DNA from: Mycobacterium tuberculosis H37Rv
GTDB taxonomy: Bacteria > Actinomycetota > Actinomycetes > Mycobacteriales > Mycobacteriaceae
Assembly (NCBI RefSeq): GCF_000195955.2
Contig: NC_000962.3
Coordinates: 1,800,001-1,832,000 of the forward strand
Reading direction: 5' to 3'
DNA length: 32,000 nt
This document shows, piece by piece, positions 13,172-21,693 of the stretch. Position 1 is the stretch's first letter. The number at the start of each line of letters is the position of its first letter. The notes under the pieces were generated by a model, which saw only the letters and a list, made by a program, of their open reading frames with translations, ran no database searches and was not told the origin of the DNA. The translations under genes and the position numbers were made by a program.

Positions 13172-14577
13172 TGCGGATGTTGCCCAGCTATATCCCCAGC
13201 CCACCGCGCGGGGTTTGGTACCTGGGCCCGCTACCCGTCCGCGCCTACGCAGTTTGCGTTATCACCGGCATCATTGTCGCACTGCTGATCGGGGATCGCC
13301 GGTTGACAGCCCGCGGCGGCGAGCGCGGCATGACCTACGACATCGCCTTGTGGGCCGTGCCTTTCGGCCTGATTGGCGGCAGGCTCTATCACCTGGCTAC
13401 CGACTGGCGGACATATTTCGGTGACGGTGGTGCCGGGCTGGCCGCGGCACTGCGAATCTGGGATGGGGGCCTGGGCATCTGGGGTGCGGTAACCCTTGGT
13501 GTCATGGGCGCGTGGATTGGCTGCCGGCGTTGTGGAATCCCGCTGCCCGTCTTGCTTGATGCGGTGGCGCCTGGTGTCGTGTTGGCGCAGGCTATCGGTC
13601 GGCTCGGAAACTACTTCAATCAAGAGCTCTACGGCCGGGAAACCACTATGCCGTGGGGTTTGGAGATCTTCTACCGCCGGGACCCCTCCGGATTCGACGT
13701 CCCGAATTCGCTGGACGGCGTCTCGACGGGTCAGGTGGCGTTCGTCGTGCAGCCAACGTTCCTCTACGAATTGATCTGGAATGTTTTGGTATTCGTCGCA
13801 TTGATCTACATTGACCGCCGGTTCATCATCGGCCACGGGCGACTGTTTGGGTTCTATGTCGCTTTCTACTGCGCCGGGCGATTCTGTGTTGAGCTGCTGC
13901 GTGACGATCCCGCCACGCTTATTGCCGGCATCCGGATCAATTCGTTCACGTCCACCTTCGTGTTTATCGGGGCCGTGGTGTACATCATCTTGGCGCCGAA
14001 GGGGCGCGAGGCTCCTGGGGCCCTGCGTGGCAGCGAGTATGTTGTTGATGAGGCGCTGGAACGTGAACCGGCTGAACTCGCCGCCGCTGCTGTGGCCTCC
14101 GCTGCGAGCGCTGTGGGGCCGGTTGGCCCGGGGGAACCGAACCAACCCGACGATGTGGCGGAAGCGGTGAAAGCCGAAGTCGCCGAGGTCACCGATGAAG
14201 TGGCCGCGGAATCCGTTGTCCAAGTAGCAGACCGGGATGGTGAGTCAACCCCCGCTGTCGAGGAGACCTCCGAAGCCGATATCGAGCGGGAACAACCGGG
14301 CGACCTCGCGGGCCAGGCGCCAGCCGCGCACCAGGTCGACGCCGAAGCTGCATCGGCCGCGCCCGAGGAGCCGGCAGCGTTGGCTTCGGAGGCACACGAC
14401 GAAACCGAGCCCGAGGTGCCCGAGAAGGCGGCGCCCATCCCCGATCCGGCCAAGCCGGATGAATTGGCGGTCGCCGGACCTGGGGACGACCCTGCTGAGC
14501 CGGACGGCATTCGACGGCAAGACGATTTCAGCTCGAGACGCCGCCGTTGGTGGCGGCTTCGACGGCGTCGACAATGA
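13171..14577 (+). CDS. lgt: Prolipoprotein diacylglyceryl transferase with a long acidic C-terminal extension
   Basis: Tandem ATGs at 13168 and 13171 overlap the trpA stop. The Lgt core includes GRLGNYFNQELYG and multiple TM spans. About 180 extra C-terminal residues are A/E/P/D-rich and end in RRRRWWRLRRRRQ. Confidence 0.92.
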   Translation: MRMLPSYIPSPPRGVWYLGPLPVRAYAVCVITGIIVALLIGDRRLTARGGERGMTYDIALWAVPFGLIGGRLYHLATDWRTYFGDGGAGLAAALRIWDGGLGIWGAVTLGVMGAWIGCRRCGIPLPVLLDAVAPGVVLAQAIGRLGNYFNQELYGRETTMPWGLEIFYRRDPSGFDVPNSLDGVSTGQVAFVVQPTFLYELIWNVLVFVALIYIDRRFIIGHGRLFGFYVAFYCAGRFCVELLRDDPATLIAGIRINSFTSTFVFIGAVVYIILAPKGREAPGALRGSEYVVDEALEREPAELAAAAVASAASAVGPVGPGEPNQPDDVAEAVKAEVAEVTDEVAAESVVQVADRDGESTPAVEETSEADIEREQPGDLAGQAPAAHQVDAEAASAAPEEPAALASEAHDETEPEVPEKAAPIPDPAKPDELAVAGPGDDPAEPDGIRRQDDFSSRRRRWWRLRRRRQ

Positions 14578-15252
14578 CGACCCACGACGGCACTGCCTGG
14601 TCGCCGGTGCTGGACTCAATAGACCGCCGATCGGGCGGCCGTTGCCGCAGCCGGAACGATGCGCCGACGAAGTTCCCGGTCACAAAATGGCCACCGGCTG
14701 GAACGGTAATCAGCCGAACCCCGACGCGCTTACGAGCCAGACCACTAAGCCCAGTAGGCTAGCAAGCCCGGCAGGTTCCATATTTTTTCGCAACCCGGAC
14801 GCGCACGCGACGCCGGGGCGCTGCCTCCGATGCCCGACCGCCACATGAATATCTGTCCGTACCGCTCTTTCGTCACGTCCGCAACACTGGCCTTCGCCGT
14901 CGGCGATGGTCGCTGTGCCCAGCTAAGCGCGACAACTCGGTTTCTGCAGGTCAACGCCCGCCTCCAATCCCGCACAGCCGCGACCAACTCGGGAACAAAA
15001 CCGCCGGTCAGGCAGCTGTCGCTGAGAGCCGGGCACATCGGGTGTCGCCCGGTGCAGTGACACATGTGAGAGTTGTGGCCGTGCGATGTGCCCGACCCTC
15101 GGTGCGCACCAATTTGAGCCAACTCAGGAAATGAATCTCTGAGCGGAGGTGCACCGGTTGCCCGCCTCACAACGACATGCTGAGGCGCACACGGTCGCTC
15201 GCAGCCGGGCACAACGAACACTCCTGCTCTGCCGCGCCGATGTTGGGAACGC

Positions 15253-15693
15253 ATGGGCCTACGGCCGGCACGGGTCGTGCGCCCGGCTCGATCTGGCATG
15301 CTGAAAGGCGTGACCGATCCCCTGCAGCACGGTGCCTTCGAGCCGGGCTGGCAATCCGCACCACCCGGATATCCACCGCCTTATCCGCAATATCCGGGGC
15401 CTGGCTCTTACTTTGACCCGTTCGCGCCATATGGTCGCCATCCGGTCACCGGCCAACCATTTTCCGACAAATCGAAGACTGTTGCCGGCCTGTTGCAGTT
15501 GCTTGGACTGTTCGGCATCGCCGGGATCGGGCGAATCTACCTGGGCCATACCGGCCTGGGCATCGCGCAGCTGCTGGTGGGCTGGGTGACGTGCGGTTTG
15601 GGCGCCGTCATCTGGGGCGTCATTGACGCCCTGCTGATATTGACCGACAAAGTCGGCGACCCTTGGGGTCGTCCCTTGCGCGATGGAAGCTAG
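15253..15693 (+). CDS. TM2-domain membrane protein with Pro/Tyr-rich N-terminus (Rv1615-like)
   Basis: 146-aa ORF. The N-terminus reads PPGYPPPYPQYPGPGSYFDPFAPYG, followed by a TM2-type segment KSKTVAGLLQLLGLFGIAGIGRIYLGHTGLGIAQLL. An alternative ATG is at 15298. Confidence 0.8.
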   Translation: MGLRPARVVRPARSGMLKGVTDPLQHGAFEPGWQSAPPGYPPPYPQYPGPGSYFDPFAPYGRHPVTGQPFSDKSKTVAGLLQLLGLFGIAGIGRIYLGHTGLGIAQLLVGWVTCGLGAVIWGVIDALLILTDKVGDPWGRPLRDGS

Positions 15694-16081
15694 CGGGCGT
15701 CAACGTCGCTACGCCGCGGCCGGTTCGGTCGTGCTATTGGCCGGCGCGCTTGGCTACATCGGACTTGTCGACCCGCACAACTCGAATTCGCTATATCCAC
15801 CGTGCCTATTCAAGTTGCTTACGGGCTGGAACTGCCCCGCGTGCGGGGGTCTGCGGATGATCCACGATCTGCTACACGGTGAGCTGGCGGCCAGCATCAA
15901 CGACAATGTCTTTCTGCTTGTCGGCGTCCCAGTGCTGGCCAGTTGGGTCCTGCTGCGCCGCCGCCACGGCGACTTGGCGCTCCCGATACCGGTGATGATT
16001 GCTGTGGCGGTCGCGGTGATCGCGTGGACGGTGCTGCGCAACCTGCCAGGCTTCCCGTTAGTGCCGACGATCAGCGGATAG
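15683..16081 (+). CDS. DUF2752-family small membrane protein (Rv1616-like)
   Basis: 132-aa ORF overlapping the previous gene by 11 nt. It has a CPACGGLR-type motif followed by hydrophobic helices. Confidence 0.8.
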   Translation: MEASGRQRRYAAAGSVVLLAGALGYIGLVDPHNSNSLYPPCLFKLLTGWNCPACGGLRMIHDLLHGELAASINDNVFLLVGVPVLASWVLLRRRHGDLALPIPVMIAVAVAVIAWTVLRNLPGFPLVPTISG

Positions 16082-16174
16082 CCGCGCCTACCCGCGGTCT
16101 GGTTGGCTGGGCTGCCCGCGGTGGTGTTGACCGGTGTGCCGACCCGGCGGTGCCGGCCCTACCGCCGTCGCGAC

Positions 16175-16180
16175 TATGCT
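16175..16180 (+). promoter_or_regulatory. Candidate -10 hexamer (TATGCT) for a leaderless or near-leaderless pykA mRNA
   Basis: TATGCT, then 8 nt, then GTG 16189, with no SD-like purine run in between. Confidence 0.3.
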
Positions 16181-16188
16181 GAGTCGTC

Positions 16189-17607
16189 GTGACGAGACGC
16201 GGGAAAATCGTCTGCACTCTCGGGCCGGCCACCCAGCGGGACGACCTGGTCAGAGCGCTGGTCGAGGCCGGAATGGACGTCGCCCGAATGAACTTCAGCC
16301 ACGGCGACTACGACGATCACAAGGTCGCCTATGAGCGGGTCCGGGTAGCCTCCGACGCCACCGGGCGCGCGGTCGGCGTGCTCGCCGACCTGCAGGGCCC
16401 GAAGATCAGGTTGGGACGCTTCGCCTCCGGGGCCACCCACTGGGCCGAAGGCGAAACCGTCCGGATCACCGTGGGCGCCTGCGAGGGCAGCCACGATCGG
16501 GTGTCCACCACCTACAAGCGGCTAGCCCAGGACGCGGTGGCCGGTGACCGGGTGCTGGTCGACGACGGCAAAGTCGCATTGGTGGTCGACGCCGTCGAGG
16601 GCGACGACGTGGTCTGCACCGTCGTCGAAGGCGGCCCGGTCAGCGACAACAAGGGCATCTCGTTGCCCGGAATGAACGTGACCGCGCCGGCCCTGTCGGA
16701 GAAGGACATCGAGGATCTCACGTTCGCGCTGAACCTCGGCGTCGACATGGTGGCGCTTTCCTTCGTCCGCTCCCCGGCCGATGTCGAACTGGTCCACGAG
16801 GTGATGGATCGGATCGGGCGACGGGTGCCGGTGATCGCCAAGCTGGAGAAGCCGGAAGCCATCGACAATCTCGAAGCGATCGTGCTGGCGTTCGACGCCG
16901 TCATGGTCGCTCGGGGCGACCTAGGTGTTGAGCTGCCGCTCGAAGAGGTCCCGCTGGTACAGAAGCGAGCCATCCAGATGGCCCGGGAGAACGCCAAGCC
17001 GGTCATTGTGGCGACCCAGATGCTCGACTCGATGATCGAGAACTCGCGGCCGACCCGAGCTGAGGCCTCCGACGTCGCCAACGCGGTGCTCGATGGCGCC
17101 GACGCGCTGATGCTGTCCGGGGAAACCTCGGTAGGGAAGTACCCCCTTGCTGCGGTCCGGACAATGTCGCGCATCATCTGCGCGGTCGAGGAGAACTCCA
17201 CGGCCGCACCGCCGTTGACACACATTCCCCGGACCAAGCGTGGGGTCATCTCGTATGCGGCCCGTGACATCGGCGAACGACTCGACGCCAAGGCCTTGGT
17301 GGCCTTCACTCAGTCCGGTGATACCGTGCGGCGACTGGCCCGCCTGCATACCCCGCTGCCGCTGCTGGCCTTCACCGCGTGGCCCGAGGTGCGCAGCCAA
17401 CTGGCGATGACCTGGGGCACCGAGACGTTCATCGTGCCGAAGATGCAGTCCACCGATGGCATGATCCGCCAGGTCGACAAATCGCTGCTCGAACTCGCCC
17501 GCTACAAGCGTGGTGACTTGGTGGTCATCGTCGCGGGTGCGCCGCCAGGCACAGTGGGTTCGACCAACCTGATCCACGTGCACCGGATCGGGGAAGATGA
17601 CGTCTAG
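16189..17607 (+). CDS. pykA: Pyruvate kinase
   Basis: 472-aa ORF with a GTG start. PK motifs: KIVCTLGPA, ARMNFSHG, MVARGDLGVE, ATQMLDSM. Codon 220 is GAG (Glu). Confidence 0.96.
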   Translation: MTRRGKIVCTLGPATQRDDLVRALVEAGMDVARMNFSHGDYDDHKVAYERVRVASDATGRAVGVLADLQGPKIRLGRFASGATHWAEGETVRITVGACEGSHDRVSTTYKRLAQDAVAGDRVLVDDGKVALVVDAVEGDDVVCTVVEGGPVSDNKGISLPGMNVTAPALSEKDIEDLTFALNLGVDMVALSFVRSPADVELVHEVMDRIGRRVPVIAKLEKPEAIDNLEAIVLAFDAVMVARGDLGVELPLEEVPLVQKRAIQMARENAKPVIVATQMLDSMIENSRPTRAEASDVANAVLDGADALMLSGETSVGKYPLAAVRTMSRIICAVEENSTAAPPLTHIPRTKRGVISYAARDIGERLDAKALVAFTQSGDTVRRLARLHTPLPLLAFTAWPEVRSQLAMTWGTETFIVPKMQSTDGMIRQVDKSLLELARYKRGDLVVIVAGAPPGTVGSTNLIHVHRIGEDDV

Positions 17608-17614
17608 CCGGGTC

Positions 17615-18517
17615 GTGCCGGACGGTAAACCCATGTCCGACTTCGATGAACTACTGGCGGTATTGGACCTCAACGCCGTCGCAAGCGACCTGTTCACCGG
17701 ATCCCACCCCAGCAAAAACCCGCTCCGGACATTTGGTGGCCAGCTCATGGCGCAGTCATTCGTCGCGAGCAGCCGAACGCTAACCCGCCACCACCTACCG
17801 CCCAGCGCATTCTCGGTGCACTTCATCAACGGCGGTGACACGGCCAAGGACATCGAGTTCCAGGTGATACGACTGCGCGATGAGCGGCGCTTCGCCAACC
17901 GGCGCGTCGATGCGGTACAGGACGGCACGTTGCTGTCCTCGGCGATGGTGTCTTACATGGCCGGTGGTCGCGGGCACGAGCATGCGCTGGATCCGCCGCA
18001 GGTGGCCGAGCCTCATACCCGGCCGCCGATCGGTGAGCTGTTGCGCGGTTACGAGGAGACCGTCCCGCATTTTGTCAACGCGCTGCAACCGATCGAATGG
18101 CGCTACGCCAACGACCCGGCCTGGATAATGCGGGACAAGGGCGATCGGCTTGCCTACAACCGGGTCTGGGTCAAGGCACTAGGGGAGATGCCCGACGACC
18201 CGGTGCTGCACACGGCGACACTGTTGTACTCCTCGGACACCACCGTGCTGGACTCGGTCATTACCACCCATGGTCTGTCCTGGGGCTTCGATCGCATCTT
18301 TGCGGCCTCTGCCAACCACTCGGTGTGGTTTCACCGGCAGGTCAACTTCGATGATTGGGTGCTCTACTCGACGTCGTCACCGGTGGCCGCCGATTCACGT
18401 GGGTTGGGTTCGGGGCACTTTTTTGATCGCTCGGGGAAGCTCATCGCAACTGTGGTGCAGGAAGGTGTGTTGAAGTATTTTCCCGCCACCCCTGACAGTG
18501 CGGCAGGACGCTCGTAG
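17615..18517 (+). CDS. tesB1: Acyl-CoA thioesterase II (double hot-dog)
   Basis: Part of track ORF 17597..18517. GTG 17615 gives 300 aa; alternatives are ATG 17597 (overlaps the pykA end) and ATG 17633. It shows TesB-like FGGQLMAQS and a duplicated hot-dog organisation. Confidence 0.88.
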   Translation: MPDGKPMSDFDELLAVLDLNAVASDLFTGSHPSKNPLRTFGGQLMAQSFVASSRTLTRHHLPPSAFSVHFINGGDTAKDIEFQVIRLRDERRFANRRVDAVQDGTLLSSAMVSYMAGGRGHEHALDPPQVAEPHTRPPIGELLRGYEETVPHFVNALQPIEWRYANDPAWIMRDKGDRLAYNRVWVKALGEMPDDPVLHTATLLYSSDTTVLDSVITTHGLSWGFDRIFAASANHSVWFHRQVNFDDWVLYSTSSPVAADSRGLGSGHFFDRSGKLIATVVQEGVLKYFPATPDSAAGRS

Positions 18518-18574
18518 GATTCCGGGTCAGCACGGCTGTGATCAGGCGTAACGTTCCTGGTAGCCAGATGACCG

Positions 18575-20029
18575 ATGGTGGCAGCGGCCGGCGAGCCGCT
18601 GAATTGCCAGCGAGCGAACCCGGAGGTGACTGTGAAGCTGCCGTCGGCCGATGTGGTACCGAGGCTCCGTGGTCGCCAGCGTGTAGTCGTGCACGTCGAT
18701 TCCCGCACGGCCCGCTGTGTCGGCGCGCTGGCGCTGGTGTGCGCGGCCTGCTGGCTGATCGCGCTGCTCGCCGGCGACTACCGGCACGCCCAGTGGGCGG
18801 TCGCCGGCCGGTTGGGCTGGTCGCTGACGGTCCTGGCTGCGGTGGCATTCATTGCTCGCGGCATCTTCCTGGGCCGCCCGGTCACGGCCATGCATGCGAC
18901 CGCGGCCGGCCTATTTTTGCTCGCCGGACTGGCTGCCCACGTGTTGGTCGCAGATCTGCTCGGTGAGATTCTGATAGCCGGTTCGGGATGGGCACTGATG
19001 TGGCCGACGTCGGCGCATCCGCGACCCGAAGATCTGCCCCGCGTGTGGGCGTTGATCAATGCCACCCGCGCGGACTCGCTTGCTCCGTTTGCCATGCAGG
19101 CGGGCAAGAGCCATCACTTCAGCGCGGCCGGCACCGCGGCTCTGGCGTATCGGACCCGTATCGGCTATGCGGTGGTCAGCGGCGACCCGATCGGCGACGA
19201 GGCGCAATTCCCCCAGCTGGTCGCCGACTTCGCGGCCATGTGTCACATGCACGGCTGGCGAATCGTGGTCGTGGGCTGCAGCGAACGACGGCTCGGCCTG
19301 TGGAGCGACCCCATGGTGGTCGGACAATCGTTGCGGCCCATACCGATTGGCCGGGATGTCGTCATCGACGTGTCTAACTTTGAGATGACCGGGCGTAGGT
19401 TTCGCAACCTGCGTCAGGCGGTGAAACGCACCCACAATTTCGGCGTCACGACCGAGATCGTCGCTGAACAGCAACTCGACGACCAGCGGCAGGCGGAGCT
19501 GGCCGAGGTGCTGGCGGCGTCACCTAGCGGCGCCCGCACCGATCGCGGCTTTTGCATGAACCTGGACGGCGTGCTGGAGGGTCGATACCCCGGAATACAA
19601 CTGATCATCGCGCGAGACGCATCGGGTCGGGTGCAGGGTTTCCACCGGTACGCGACCGCCGGCGGCGGCAGCGACATGTCTCTGGATGTACCGTGGCGGC
19701 GCCGCGGGGCCCCGAACGGGATCGATGAGCGGCTCAGCGCTGACATGATTGCGGCCGCCAAAGATGCTGGGGTACAACGGTTGTCACTGGCATTCGCCGC
19801 GTTCCCCGACCTTTTCGGCGCCAACCAGCTCGGCCGCCTGCAGCGTGTCTGCCGTGCGTTGATCCATATCCTCGATCCGTTGATCGCTCTCGAGTCGTTA
19901 TACCGATACCTGCGCAAGTTCCACGCGCTGGATGAGCGGCGTTACGTGCTGATATCGATGACTCAGGTCTTTGCGCTGGCGTTGGTGTTGTTGTCGCTGG
20001 AGTTCGTCCCGCGGCGGCGACATCTCTGA
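18575..20029 (+). CDS. Membrane protein with a C-terminal DUF2156 (MprF/LysX lysyl-PG synthase C-terminal-like) domain (Rv1619-like)
   Basis: 484-aa ORF. The N-terminal ~150 aa are hydrophobic. The C-terminal part shows SLAPFAMQ...YAVVSGDPIGDE...GRRFRNLRQAVKR, typical of the aminoacyl-phosphatidylglycerol synthase catalytic domain family. Confidence 0.82.
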   Translation: MVAAAGEPLNCQRANPEVTVKLPSADVVPRLRGRQRVVVHVDSRTARCVGALALVCAACWLIALLAGDYRHAQWAVAGRLGWSLTVLAAVAFIARGIFLGRPVTAMHATAAGLFLLAGLAAHVLVADLLGEILIAGSGWALMWPTSAHPRPEDLPRVWALINATRADSLAPFAMQAGKSHHFSAAGTAALAYRTRIGYAVVSGDPIGDEAQFPQLVADFAAMCHMHGWRIVVVGCSERRLGLWSDPMVVGQSLRPIPIGRDVVIDVSNFEMTGRRFRNLRQAVKRTHNFGVTTEIVAEQQLDDQRQAELAEVLAASPSGARTDRGFCMNLDGVLEGRYPGIQLIIARDASGRVQGFHRYATAGGGSDMSLDVPWRRRGAPNGIDERLSADMIAAAKDAGVQRLSLAFAAFPDLFGANQLGRLQRVCRALIHILDPLIALESLYRYLRKFHALDERRYVLISMTQVFALALVLLSLEFVPRRRHL

Positions 20030-21693
20030 TCCGTCGCTATGGACAGCTCGGCGCATTGAATGTCGTTGGGCAGGTGGTGGGTGGCTACCACCACGGTCCG
20101 CATAGCGCTCATGATCCCGGAGTTCGGGGCCAGCAGATCGCGCAGAAGGTCGGCGTTGGCGGCGTCGAGGTGTTCGACAGGTTCGTCGAGCAACACGATC
20201 CGAGCCGGGGAAAGCACCGCCCGGGCGAGCAGCAACCTTCTGCGCTGACCCGCCGAGACCGCTTGCGCGCCACCGATCAACACCGTCGACAACCCCTCGG
20301 GCAGGCCGGCGAGCCAGCCGCACAGGCCGACCCGATCCAGGGCCTCGATCAGTTCGTCATCGGGGCAGTCTCCTCGGGCGGTCAGCAAGTTGTCCCGAAC
20401 GGTGGTAGCAAAGATATGCGCATCTTCAGCGAAAAAGCTGACAGCGCTGCGTAATTCATCCTCATCGAAGTCGCTCAGGTTAGTTCCGTCCAGCAACACC
20501 CGGCCGTGCACCGGCGGCAGCAAGCCGGCCAGCGTCATCAACAGCGTCGTCTTGCCGGCGCCGCTCGCGCCGGTGACGGCCAGCCGGGCACCCGGCGGTA
20601 GGTCAATCGTCACCCGGATCGACTGCGCCTCTTGGTGACCGCAACACACGTCGGCCGCTAGCACCCCGGTACCTACCGGCAGTCGCGCCGACACCGTGGA
20701 TTCGGTCTCGCGGACCCGGTTTGACCCAGTCAGGTCGAGCAGACGAGCCGCCGCGATGCGCGACCGTGTCAACTGGACGGCGGCGGCGGGTAGTGCAACG
20801 GTCGCCTCGAATGCGGACAGCGGCAACAACATCAGGATGGCCAGTGTTGTGGGCGCGACCGTGGGGGCCATGCCGATCCCGGCCACCACGGCGCCCAGCA
20901 GGCTGGCCCCGATCGCCGCGGTCGGCATGGCCTCGGCGATCGCCCCCGTTCGTGCGGCGGCGTCGAGCGCATCGGCCCAGGCATGTTGGCGCCGTTGTGA
21001 GTCGGCGATGACGTTGCGTAGGGCACCGGCGACACGAAGCTCGGGGGCATGCTCAAGGGCGATCATCGCCGACGTGTCGCGCATGCCCCGATGTTGGCGG
21101 GCGATCGCTTCCTGCGCTGCGGCGGTTCTGCCGGCAAGCCAGGGCGCAACAACGCCGGCAACCAAAAGGCAGACCGCCAGTACCACGGCGGCTGGCACCG
21201 AAACGGCCGCGACGACCGCGGTCGCGGCTACTGCCAGCACCGCTGCGACGGCTATCGGCACCAGAGCACGCACCAGCATGTTGGCCAGTTCGTCGACGTC
21301 CGCGCCGACGCGTGCTGCCAGGTCCCCGCTGTGCAGCCCGACGGCGGCCGCCGCCGGTCCGTGGGCCAGCCGGTGATAGATAAGGGTGCGGGCCCGGCCG
21401 GCGGCCCGCAACGCGGTGTCGTGGGTGGCCAGTCGCTCGCAGTAGTGCAGCACGCCGCGCGAAATCGCGAACGCCCGCACCGCCACGACCGCCACCGACA
21501 GGTCCAGGACGGGCGGCATCTGCCAGGCCCGAGTGATCAGCCAGGCCGACACCCCGGCCAGGGCCAGCGCGCTGCCCAGCGACAGCACGCCCAGCGCGAC
21601 GGCCGCCAAGATCCGGGGCAACCGGGGACCCAACAGCCCAGACGCGGCCAGCAGGTCCCGCTGGCGGCGACTCACAGCACTCGGTCGGTTCAT
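19963..21693 (-). CDS. cydC: Cytochrome bd-associated ABC exporter subunit CydC
   Basis: 576-aa ORF with a six-helix TMD followed by an NBD: Walker A GASGAGKTTL, signature VSAGQRRRL, Walker B VLLDEP. ATGA overlap with the cydD stop. Confidence 0.93.
   Translation of the reverse strand: MNRPSAVSRRQRDLLAASGLLGPRLPRILAAVALGVLSLGSALALAGVSAWLITRAWQMPPVLDLSVAVVAVRAFAISRGVLHYCERLATHDTALRAAGRARTLIYHRLAHGPAAAAVGLHSGDLAARVGADVDELANMLVRALVPIAVAAVLAVAATAVVAAVSVPAAVVLAVCLLVAGVVAPWLAGRTAAAQEAIARQHRGMRDTSAMIALEHAPELRVAGALRNVIADSQRRQHAWADALDAAARTGAIAEAMPTAAIGASLLGAVVAGIGMAPTVAPTTLAILMLLPLSAFEATVALPAAAVQLTRSRIAAARLLDLTGSNRVRETESTVSARLPVGTGVLAADVCCGHQEAQSIRVTIDLPPGARLAVTGASGAGKTTLLMTLAGLLPPVHGRVLLDGTNLSDFDEDELRSAVSFFAEDAHIFATTVRDNLLTARGDCPDDELIEALDRVGLCGWLAGLPEGLSTVLIGGAQAVSAGQRRRLLLARAVLSPARIVLLDEPVEHLDAANADLLRDLLAPNSGIMSAMRTVVVATHHLPNDIQCAELSIATDQRCRRRGTNSSDNNTNASAKT

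Noticed and set aside
13231-14585. Minus-strand ORFs of 330 and 239 aa opposite lgt
   Set aside because: They are antisense to the Lgt core and tail, with composition-driven open frames and no motif content.
16512-17928. Minus-strand ORFs of 265 and 335 aa across pykA/tesB1
   Set aside because: They are antisense to two well-supported enzymes and have low-complexity Ser/Thr/Arg-rich sequences with no start context or homology pattern.
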